Below are positions 53,762 through 64,000 of a stretch of DNA of 64,000 nt, piece by piece. Source of the stretch: Octopus vulgaris. Taxonomy: Eukaryota. Under the pieces are notes generated by a model that saw only the letters and a list, made by a program, of their open reading frames with translations, was not told the DNA's origin and made no database searches. The first letter of the stretch is position 1. Each line of letters opens with the position of its first letter. Made by a program: the position numbers and the translations under genes. The stretch covers positions 41,230,001 through 41,294,000 of the forward strand of contig OX597814.1 in NCBI GenBank assembly GCA_951406725.2, given 5' to 3'.

Positions 53762-55480
53762 GACGTGACACAGTATCCTGGGGTTTGTACTGTCTGTCGA
53801 GTCACAACAAAGACTTCAGTTAGATAGTACTTTACGCAATAGGCGTGCGGTTCCAAGAAATGCCGATTTTTCCAATACACCTAGATTGTAAGTTATTTCT
53901 AAAGTCACTACATGATTTTCCTAGATGTTTCTTCAGGTTGGGTGATATTGAATCAAATTCTCCGATGACAATAGGGACAAACTTTATGTTTCACTCTCGT
54001 AGCTGTCACATTTTTCTCTCTCAATTTTCAGGTCTCCATATGTATCAATCTTGTCTCTGTCTTCCATGATCATATGTTGATCAATTGGCACTGCCATGTT
54101 GATCATTAAGCACTCTTGTTTGTCCTTCCTAAATGTTACTACGTCCGGCCTTAGGACAATGTCTTATCCTGGGCTGCGGTGATTAGGCTTTCGGTATTCA
54201 TTTTTCATCACCCTTGCTCAGCTACCAAAATTATACATCCTGGTCTTTTACGTTGTTTGTTTGTTTCACCGTGTAACTGACCATGTAATTCCATAGAGAG
54301 TATAGTTTCATATCTCTCGTTAGTTAGTCCTGACTGGAATTCATTAGCACTCTGATGTCCATTTTTGGTAAATCCTTCTGCATTATTAGCATAATGTAGC
54401 AGGTCTTGCTTGATGTTTACCAAATATTTTGCCATGTTTCTTCTGTCAGTGGTAATACACAACAGTAAGCTAATCCGCCCACACCCACCATTACACCTCT
54501 TTATATAGAGACTGTCTACATTCGCCTGAGGGAGGAAGGCACCATGCATTGCCATCATCTTTCGGGTAGTGCGATGGAGTTGGTTAGTCTCCGCTCATTT
54601 CGTTTTAAAGATGCGTACACTATTGTAGACAAACGCAACAACCCATATATTGATAGCAATCACAAGGTTCCTTGAGTTCAGTTTTACCTTCAAGAGAACT
54701 TTCAGGGATTTCAAATATGCAATGATGACTTGATCTTTCATTTCTCTGTGCAAGATATGGTCCAGCTCCAGAATCGCAAGGTACTTGTACACATCACCAT
54801 CCAGGTCATCCATTCTTTATCCGTGTGACAATTCTAAACCCTTAAACTCTACTATTTTGCCCGATTTCTAAGTGAGCACCGCACATTTCGATGTAGTAAA
54901 TTCCATGCTTATGACCTTGCTGCTCACGTGTACTGTCTCAACCAGCTTTCCATTTCAGGTTGTGTTTTTGCGAACAGTTTTAAGTAACCTACGAAGAGAA
55001 GGTTGTTGAGCCGAGGTCGATTCTTTCTCAGTTCATATTGCTTGTTGTCTTTACGTAGGATAAGAGAAAGTGGGATGAAATCTATAAGAAATAATAAAGG
55101 GGAAAATAATCTACCTGGACGATTTCTCTTTTGATTGTTACCTCGGTTGAGTGCGGGTGGTTATAGAGGAGACTTGTTTTCTTACTAGGCATGCTGTTCT
55201 AAATCAGTGCACAATTGTTCTCGGCTATTCCACTCATGTACAGTATTTCTAAAATCTATAAATGAATCAACATGCCTTTTTAAAAGTCTATCAAAGCCTT
55301 TTTAAAAGTCTATCAAAGTCCTGTACGAGTTGTTTTGATATCGTTTGAAGTTCTTCATTACAATCTTCTGTATCGGAAGTTGGTCCTCGTTGCTCTTGGA
55401 TTGTTTTTGGAATTACATTTGTACTACTAGAATTAGATTGCTTTTTGCAAGGGGCTGTTTTTTTCCCTGCGGTGATGCCT
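53762..55480 (-). mobile_element. Dong/R4-type LINE, family C, 5'-truncated with internal deletions
   Basis: YKYLAILE, KLNSRNLVIAIN.W, MHGAFLPQANVDSLYIKR.NGGCG, LHGQ, RPDVV, FVPIVIG; bounded by (ATT)/(ATC) tracts. Confidence 0.85.
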
Positions 55481-55513
55481 ATTATTATTATTATTATAAT
55501 TATTATTATTATT

Positions 55514-55555
<42 letters not shown>

Positions 55556-56106
55556 GAGTGAGAGAGCAGTTCATGCCATCAAAGTGACACTGGGGTAAAA
55601 TATACGAAGCCCAATATACCCATCATGACTACCCGTCTGATAAAGGTACACCAGGCACATGCATCACAACCATATGTGCGCGACATGGTGATCTCATATC
55701 AAGATAAACAGCACTTGACCTTGCAGGTGGAGCCCAGTTAGAATTTTCTTCAGGTTGAGTAGCCCATCCTGCTCAAAAGGTCCCTGAATAAGGGTTGCTT
55801 TAGGATGTTGAACGAAACACCTATGTTTCCAGAGGTGAATTATTCAAACCCCAAAGAATCCCTCTCAACACATGGCCATGATGCTCCCCCACTACTTCTG
55901 CTCGTGATCAGAGATGCACATATCGTCAGTCACTAAGGGACATGCTCAACTGGTTAAGGCCAAACAACTGACAAGCAAATCTGTGGTATTGAGCAGAATA
56001 TTTGCTGTAGCCCATCTTTTATACCAAGACAAAACAATGTACATGATAACACTTCCAATCAGTTAAGATCAGAAGCCATGAGAGCCACTGCCTGGTACTG
56101 CATCAG

Positions 56107-56108
<2 letters not shown>
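55556..56108. mobile_element. ~550-bp non-coding element inserted in (ATT)n
   Basis: Sharp boundaries against (ATT)n on both sides, higher GC, no ORF, no TIR. Confidence 0.65.
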
Positions 56109-56158
<50 letters not shown>

Positions 56159-56160
56159 CA

Positions 56161-59100
56161 TTCAGTAGTTTTATTTTTATAGCGTGCTTTCACTTCACTA
56201 CCGAGCACAGCTCTGTGTGCCTTGGGTATGTGCTATGATTTGTTGTGATGCTCTGATGGTTATTGTATGGAAAGTGATCTGCGTAGGATGTGTGCAGTGC
56301 CTAGTAGTGCAATTTTCTGTATGTTATATGTATATTTATTTTATTTATCTATTTATTTTTATTTTACCTAGTTTCAGCTCACGAGATGTGGCCATGCTGG
56401 GGCACCGCCATTTGGTGTTGCTACATGATTTTACTTCACGATTGCTTTTTAGCAACTGCCATTTGGTGCATGAGAGAGTTCGATGCAGCTGCCCTCATCT
56501 GCACCTCCTGTGGTGAAGTTGATTCATCTGGGACACCTGACAGGAAGAGATCCAGTCCTACTTTAAATACATCTGCATCTACGCTATGCAGGTCCCTCAG
56601 GGTCTTCGGAAGGATATTGAAGAGCTGTGGGCCTCTGAAGCCCAGGCTATCGCAGTATCTTGTCCTACATCTTGATGGTAAGTTTGGAGTCCTTCGCACC
56701 ACGCAGTGGCGCCCAGTTCTGGCATCTGTGTAACCCTCGATGCCAAAGTTTGGGACAAGTCCTTCTAGGATCTTCCAGATGTATATTATGGCATATCTTT
56801 CTCGCCTACGCTCTAAGGAATAGAGTCTTAATCTCTTGAGTCTTTCCCAGTAGCTTCTATGCTGCACAGATGCTATCTTCTTCGTGTAGCTTCGTTGGAT
56901 CGCCTCAAGTTCAGTGATCAACTTGACGCTGGATGGTGACCATAGCTGAGAGCAATAGTGAAAGTGGCTTAGGACATGTGTCCTCCAGAGGACCATCATT
57001 GTTTCCTGGTCTGTTGTTCTAAAGGTTCTAAGAATCCATCCGGCCAGCCGCCTACTTTTCATTGCCAATTTAGCAACATGTACATGAAAGGTTGCGTCAT
57101 CACTCATATAAATACCCAGGTCACGCACTGATTGTGCCTCTGGGATTGCAATCCCTCCAGGTCCAGTGTATTCATTGGGTATTGCATTTAGTTATGTATG
57201 CTGATAGCATAAAGCTTGAAACTTTTCAGCATTGAACTGCATGCTATTCTTTTCAGCCCACTTGTATATTTTGTCCAGCTCACATTACAGGTGCTTAGTG
57301 TCTTCAGGGTTCTGTATTGCATGTGAAACGTTTGTATCATCTGCCTAACTTGTGATCGTGGCTCTCTGCGTGGCTGAGGGCATGTCTGAGAGGGCCATTA
57401 TGAACAGTAGTGGTCCCAAAACAGTGCCCTGCGGAACACCGCTCACTATTTGCGTGTTAATGGAAGTGACCCCATTGGCTACTACCACCTGACTTCTATC
57501 CTTCAGAAAGTCATGAAGCCATTTTCCCAATTTTCCAACTATGCCAAGATCACGCTGTTTGTTACATATCATTCCATGATCGACTTTATCAAAGGCCTTT
57601 GCAAAGTCGAGATATATGACTTCCACATTTGAGTGGTTTAGCAGTCGTTTCTACACCAAGTCATAGTGTTGTAGGAGCTGAGTTAAGCAGCTTCTTCCTG
57701 GAAGGAAACAATGTTGGGTGTCAGGCAGCAAGTCATTTTCTTCAAGCAAGGTGATTAGTTTCCTTCTGACTATTCGTTCCATGATCTTGCTGATGTGTGA
57801 GGTCAGAGAGATAGGTCTGTAGTTCTTGGCCTCCGCTCTGCTACCTCCTTTATGAATAGGTCATATTATACCTTCCTTCAGTTTACTTGGAAGTTTTCCA
57901 GTTGCAAGGAAGCTCTGAAAGAGGAACAGCAGTGGTCTTGCTAGGACTCACTTACATACTTTTAGAAGGACTGCTGGGAATCCATCGGGGCCAGTAGCTG
58001 AGTTTGTTTTCATTTCATCTATAGCCTTTATTACATCGTCTTACTTTATGTTGAAGTAATCAATCATCGCTGCCGCTAACTTTATATCTGAAGTGGTAAA
58101 GAAGTCAGTTGGATTGCAGACTTGCAAATGCCCCAGGGGTGGAGTGAAAACACTCTTGAATTGCTCATATAGTATTTCACTTACACTCATTGGATTTCCT
58201 GTGAGTGTGCCATCCTTTTCAAGGAGTGGCCCTATCCTACAGTGCACCGTAGCTGTTTCTTTGGAAAACCTGTAGAAAACTCTAGGGTTAGATTTGTGTT
58301 TGTAAGTCCCGGTGTTTTTGTTGTGTATTTGTCTGAATATTTTTTTATCATGCCTAATGCACATACTATGATAGGAATTGTTTCTGTTTTTAGATTCCAC
58401 ATTCTGGTTACCTCTATATTCAGGTCATTGTATTTTGAAAGTTTCTCCATTTCTTTTAGAGACACGTTGTCATCTGCCGGTATTGATACATCATTTAGAA
58501 AGCATTTTTTTTCTTCATGATCTCTGACAACTATATCTGGTCTGTTGGCCTTAATTTCTCTATCTGTGTGTATCGGCATATCCCAGAGTATGGTTGCTTT
58601 CTCATTTTCTGTGACCTTTTCTGGTGTGTGCCTATACCATCTTTTTTTTTTGTTGTTATTCCATGATGTTGGCATAGCTTCCAATGTATGTAGGTTCCAA
58701 CTGTGTCATATCTGTGAATATATTCCTTCTTAGCCAGGACTGGGCAGCCAGAGATAATATGATTTATTGTTTCTTGTCCATCTCCACATATTCTGCAGTT
58801 ACTTGTTATATTTCTTTTCATTACATGTTTTTGGTAACTTCTGGTGGGTAGGCTTTGGTCATGTGCTGGAATTAAGAATCCCTCTGTCTCTACTTTGAGT
58901 CCTGAGCTTCTCAACCATTGCTGGGATTTTTCTTTGTCAGTTTCTTTTGCATTTAGTTTAGTCCAGTATTTACCATGAAGGGGCTCTTCTTGCCATCATT
59001 TTATCATGGTTCTTTGCTGCTCTAGTTTTAGTTTGGATTTCATTTGTTTTATAGCTTTTGTTGTTTCTTTATCTTCTTCTTCATCATATTTATTAGGTGG

Positions 59101-62095
59101 TATGGGTTCTTGTTCCTTAACTACTGAGAACAGTTTTTTGTTTTACTCGTGTTTTGCCGCTATTTGCATCAGTCTTCCTTCCTTCTGATGTAGATATTTT
59201 TGAAGACCTATGGTGGTTATTTTATAGTAGTTTTCCAGCTTTAGAAGGCCTCTACCACCTTTTATACGTCGTATAGATAGTCTTTCTATGTCAGATTTTG
59301 GGTGATGCATCCTAGATCCTGTCATTATTTTTCTTGTTTTCCTATCTATTTTGGTTAGTTCATTTCGTGTCCAGTTAAGGATATTGTAGTTGTAACTTAT
59401 AACAGGGACAGCTAAAGTGTTAATATCTATTATCTTGTTTTTAGCATTAAGCTATGTTTTTAGTATTGATCTAACTCGTCTATAATATTCTTTTTTTATT
59501 TTCTCTTTCATTTGTGTTAGTTGCGTTTGGTTTGGTCTAATTCTTTTATTTCATTGGTTTTATCTAGTGTGATGTTGCTACTCTTAACTAGTTTTCTTCT
59601 TTTCAGGGTTACTTTGGCGCATTTTTCTATTCCAAATTTCATATCTGTTTCTTTGGTAAATCTATGAACTGCCTTTAGGAGTGTTTCCAGCTGTTTGTCA
59701 TTTGCAGCGTATAGGTTTAGGTCATCCATATATAAAAGGTGGCTGATCGTTTTGCCGTAACATTTATATCAGCATCCAGTTCTATTTAGCATATCTGATA
59801 GAGTGCCAAGCAGAAAAGGATTTGGGAGAGCATATCTCCCTAGAATATTCCTCTTCTAATGGGGATGGCTTTGGTTTTCATTAGACCCTATTTTGTTTGG
59901 AGCTGTAGCAATGTTTGCCATTTATTCATAGAGTGTCCTATGAATTTTATAATTGTTGGTGCTACTTTGCTAATGGCTAGAGTTTCGAGGGTCCATGTGT
60001 AGGGGATGCTATCAAACGCCTATTTGTAGTCGATCAACGCAATACTGAGGCCTTTCTTCTTTCTGTGGCTGTCTTCAGGTATGGCTTTATTAATCATTAG
60101 TTGATCTTTACAGCCATATGAGCCTTTGCGGCATCCTTTCTGCTCTTCTGGAAACAGGTTGTTTTCGTCCAGGTGCTTGTTCAACCTTTGCGATATCACT
60201 GCAGTAAATGCCTTGTACAATGTGGGGAGACAGGTTATAGGTCTCTAGTTTTCTGGTTTTGCTGTATCATTGGATTAGAGAATTAAGATGGTTTTCCCCT
60301 TCGTGAGCCATTCAAGCATTGTCTCTAGCTCTGCTAGTATGATGTTAAAGTTTTCAGCCAGCTTTTTGTGCATTCCTGTTAGATATTTCAACCAGAAGTT
60401 GGGGATCTTGTCATGCCCAGGTGCCTTCCAGTTGCTTAGTCTTTGTAGTGCCTGGGTGACCTCTTCAGTTGTTACGGGGGTCCAAAGATACTCAGATGCT
60501 GAGTTTGTTGTTTTAATACTCTTCTTTTTTTGGTTGTTCTTTCGCCGACCATATTTCTCTCCAGAATTCTTCCACTTCTGCCGTTGGTGCTGCAGTGTTT
60601 TCTAATTTTTTTGCCAAGTTCTTGGCATAACTTTTTAGGGTTGGAGTTGAACTTTTTGTTTTGTTCAAAGAAGCACTGGCGTGTCTCGTACCGGCGGTTC
60701 CTTTGTGCTTTGGCAAGGATATCTTGCTTAAGCTTTTCTTTTATCTCAGGTAAATATTTTTCTGTGATGTATTTGAGGAGTATTTTTGTTTTCTTTTTGT
60801 TGCTCAGTAGCGTTGATTCTCTACTGATTTCATTAAGAATCGAAAGATCTTTTCTCATTTTTTGTATTTTGTTTTGGATGTTATTTATCCACAGGGTTTG
60901 TTTGGGTTTTGGTACTCCTGTTTGGATGGGTTTGAATGAGTACCCAGCTTCTTTTGTGGCTGCAGTGGCTGCTGCGTATACTAAGTCATTTAGCTCAGTG
61001 ATATCGCTAATTGTTTCAGTGGCTATTAGTTACGTGACGGCTCTGTGGTTTTTAGTTCTTTGATTATTCTACTTTTTAAATTATCATAATCATTAGTCTC
61101 CTCTTCGTTGTTTCCAGGTTTTAGATTTGTGTCGCTTTCGTTCTCATTTGTATGTTTGTTTGTCGTGTTTTGGCGTGCTGTTTGTCGTGTATTATTATGC
61201 ATCCTTACGGTCTGGGTTTGTTATTTTTTTTCACATCGCGTTTTTTGGAAACGTTACGTTTGTCTTCGTGTTTTATTATCTCATTGTTTGTATTATTTGG
61301 AATTGTTGTGTTGCTTCTATCTACATTTTCTTGGTGTATATTTACTTTTAGATGTTCTATTTCTATTTCTGCGTATTAGATGTTCTATTTCTTTTTTTTT
61401 GCGTTGAGAAATTATCTTCGTACGTTAGCTAGTTTATTAGTGTTCATTTATGTATCCACGTCTATATTTATGTTATTTTCCTTCCATACTTTATATGTAT
61501 GTGTTGTTGTGTTTTCATTTTTGGGGTAGAGTACTGCTGTGAAGTAAGCGTGTAGGATAGAAATGTATTCCTCACGTGTCCATTTATGTCTTTTGGGTTT
61601 TATTTCCGGGACATGAGGAACAACGTCCGGCCCGTTATTTTGACGGTCGTCATTTTTGTAGGGTACTGGTGCGTTTATTTCTGTTGTCACATTGTTTTGC
61701 ACGTGTAGTTTTTCGTACATTTTGTGTTGAAAGTTTAAAGTTCGTACTTACCGATTGTTATTCTTGGGTTCAATAATATCGGTGTTATTTAATTTCTTCG
61801 TAGTTATTTTGTACATGGTGTTTGGGGTCGGGGATGATCTGGTGTTGATGGATCGTAATGTCCACGCATGTTTACATGTATTGCGTTAGAGGTGGAGATG
61901 ACATCGAGTTAAAATATATCATTTCGTTTCGAAAATAGTAATAAATTTCAATTAATATTACTTACTCGGATATAGTCCAGTCCTTTGTTAGTAAATTTTT
62001 GGCTCCATACGATATCTTTGTTTTCGATGATTGTGGATAGATTTCGGAGCTCTGTTTTATCGTTCTCACATCTTAAACGTCCCCGGTGTTCTCTC
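56161..62095 (-). mobile_element. Dong/R4-type RLE LINE, family A, full length, interrupted near its 3' end by a CR1/L2-group LINE
   Basis: KRHKWTREEY..IL.AYF, WKAPGHD, PEEQKGC..GSYGCKDQL, YMDDL.LYA, GGRGL, CRIC...ETINHIISGC (CCHC), ANRPDIVV...DVSIP...K..KY. The last codons YNIQKIALLGTAHILR and the 3' UTR lie at 56161-56331. Confidence 0.93.
56332..58295 (-). mobile_element. 5'-truncated CR1/L2-group LINE (RT and 3' tail)
   Basis: KSNPRVFY, GPDGFP, NYRPISLTS, GRSCLTQLL, YLDFAKAFDKVDH, SGVPQGTVLGPLLF, S*ADDT, RDLG, YCSQLWSP, LYSLERRRERY; ends in a (TAAAA/TAAA)n tail. Confidence 0.92.
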
Positions 62096-62322
62096 TTATT
62101 ATTATTTTTATTATTATTATTACTATTATTACAATTTTATTGATGTTGTTGTTGTTATTTTTATTAAGTTTATTATTGTTATTATTGTCATTATCCTTAT
62201 TATTATTAGTAGTAGTAGTGATAGTATAATTAATTATTATCATTGTTGTTGTCGTTGTCGTTATCATGCGACTTATTCTTCTTCTCCTTCTTCTGCTTCC
62301 CATTGTTGTTGTAGCTGTCATT

Positions 62323-62500
62323 AGGTGGTGAGACTGCAGTATAGTCAGCACACCGGGCTAAATGCTTACCGGCATTTTGTCCGTCATTATTTTCTGAGTT
62401 TAAATTCTGTCGGAATTTACTCTGTTCTTCATCCTTTCGGGATCGATCCAGTTGTATTCGTCCTTCCCCTTAAATTCCTTGAGCTGTGCCATATGTTTAA
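62323..62500 (+). mobile_element. Degenerate tRNA-derived SINE
   Basis: AGGTGGTGAG..AGCACACCGGGCTAAATGCTTA..TTCTGAGTTTAAATTC..TTCATCCTTTCGGGATCGAT. Confidence 0.7.
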
Positions 62501-63625
62501 TCTATCATTAATCTATCGTCGTCATCTTGATCATCATCGCTTTAGAGATCAGATGCATACGATGCTAGTTGCAGTGATAAACCACAGCTGCAAACGTGTA
62601 CTGAAATAGGACTGCTGAATACAAATCAATGATGTCGCATACCTTTGATCCCAGCTATACTCAGAATGTCGGCTCAGCAAATTTCTTTGCAGAATAATTA
62701 CTGGTATGCATACATTCGTAAAATGGACGTAATATAATATTTGTGAAGTAAATTTTATAGTAAATTTGAAGTAATTGCTAGCTAAATTGAAAGAATAACA
62801 AAGATAGTTCAGTTCAGAATTCTAAAGATTACGCAATTTACAAATATACACAAAAAATGCAAGCATGTCTAAATGCGTCTATGAGACATACGTAACTTAA
62901 CCATTGTAGTTGAAGTCAAAGGTAAGGATGATAACATACGTTCATTCTTTATCATTTTTCCGCAAAATAAATTTTAACTTTCAAATGCAGAAGAATAAAA
63001 AAAAAGGGAAAATAATCGTATGAGATAAATATGAACGATAGAGAAAATAAGTTTTCTTTTTCAAATCTCGTGTGGAGCTCACCGAATATTTTATGCTTTT
63101 TTATTGAAAACTTTAAAATAATTTTTTTAATAATTTCATTTATACATATTTTATTCGTTTCCCGAAATGTAGTTTAAGAAATATCTCAACCAGTGTATGT
63201 AAAACAAAATATTTATAGAAATATTTTTCTTCAACATAATAGATAAAACAGAAACCCAGTTGAAACTATCAAAAGAATACACTGAATAATTGTCAGAAGG
63301 GAACATCATCCAAAATAAATGCAGTAGAAATAAATTAAAGTTGGCTTATGTAAACGGAAGATGCTGATGTCACATGTCAGAGAAATGATTGGTTGGGTTT
63401 TGTTAACAATCCCAACTCGCAAATCTACTACTATTAGTACAGCTGTTAAATTTTGTTAATCAACATATTAAAGAAAAACCTTCCTACTGAAGTGAAATTT
63501 ACTGCTGTTATTTTCAATTAGGTTGTTCAGCTGCCTACGTAACATAAGCCTTTCTTAGATTTTGCTGTTATATTATTATCAATCGTTAGCTCAGTCACTT
63601 TGAGAAATATTAGCAGAAATATTAT

Positions 63626-63700
63626 TTTCTACACTAGGCACAAGGCTCAAAAATTTTGAAGAGAAGGCCAGTCTATTACATCGGCCCCAGTACGCAAATG
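63626..63700 (-). mobile_element. SINE 3' fragment
   Basis: Minus strand GTACTGGGGCCGATGTAATAGACT...AAAATTTTTGAGCCTTGTGCCTAG, like the tails at ~7765-7820 and 12350-12420. Confidence 0.5.
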
Positions 63701-64000
63701 TTATTGCAATATTTTTCGAAAGTAATTAATATTTTTAAGGTTATTCACCTATCAACATTGCCCTGTCAAATGTCTCCGAAGTAAGATTTTATAACACACG
63801 GATTCAGAGCTAAAATTTTTTTTAAATGTCTAGTGACGGCCTGTTGTATGTCGCAATTATTTTTACAAACAATAAGTCCTCACTAAACTCTAGTCTGCAT
63901 GAAGCTGAGTGAAATTTTTTTAAAATTTTAATTGTGAAAATTATCCTGCCAAAACATTTTGTTTGAAAATAGTGTTTCAACAATATTGTTCCTGTCAAGG

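Noticed and set aside
55274-55317. 22-bp tandem direct repeat
   Set aside because: A simple local duplication in a dead RT; not CRISPR-like or regulatory.
56088-56108. U2 snRNA stem-loop IV similarity
   Set aside because: Too short, and no other U2 sequence is present.
58041-58400. Novel fusion protein ORFs at 58041-58400 and 58232-58684
   Set aside because: They are read-through across the Dong/CR1 junction between two decayed elements.

Overview
AT-rich, microsatellite-dense animal non-coding DNA. The repeat families look like coleoid cephalopod (Octopus-like) DNA, which is my inference. I can support no intact host gene, RNA gene or CRISPR array. Most long ORFs in the track are translated (TAA)n/(TA)n/(CA)n/(GAA)n repeats or decayed transposon frames. 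The window is a graveyard of nested mobile elements: a mariner split by an inverted Penelope-like element (PLE) that itself holds a SINE; a near-full-length Hero-type restriction-like-endonuclease (RLE) LINE; at least six Dong/R4-type RLE LINE copies or fragments, most in (TAA)n tracts; a CR1/L2-group LINE nested in one of them; Tc1, mariner and pogo relics; a Merlin-type MITE; Helitron-like elements; and several SINEs. Main signals: (1) a recurring PLE 3' module made of a tRNA-like Pol III promoter, (TAA)n and a minimal hammerhead ribozyme (HHR), usually as inverted pairs, whose (TAA)n is also a Dong landing pad; (2) a short scar suggesting two distant Dong copies descend from one Dong+CR1 composite; (3) a SINE and a LINE sharing a 3' tail stem-loop; (4) HHR-like motifs downstream of the Hero ORF. 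All alignments were done by eye and boundaries are approximate unless a TSD or TIR is cited.
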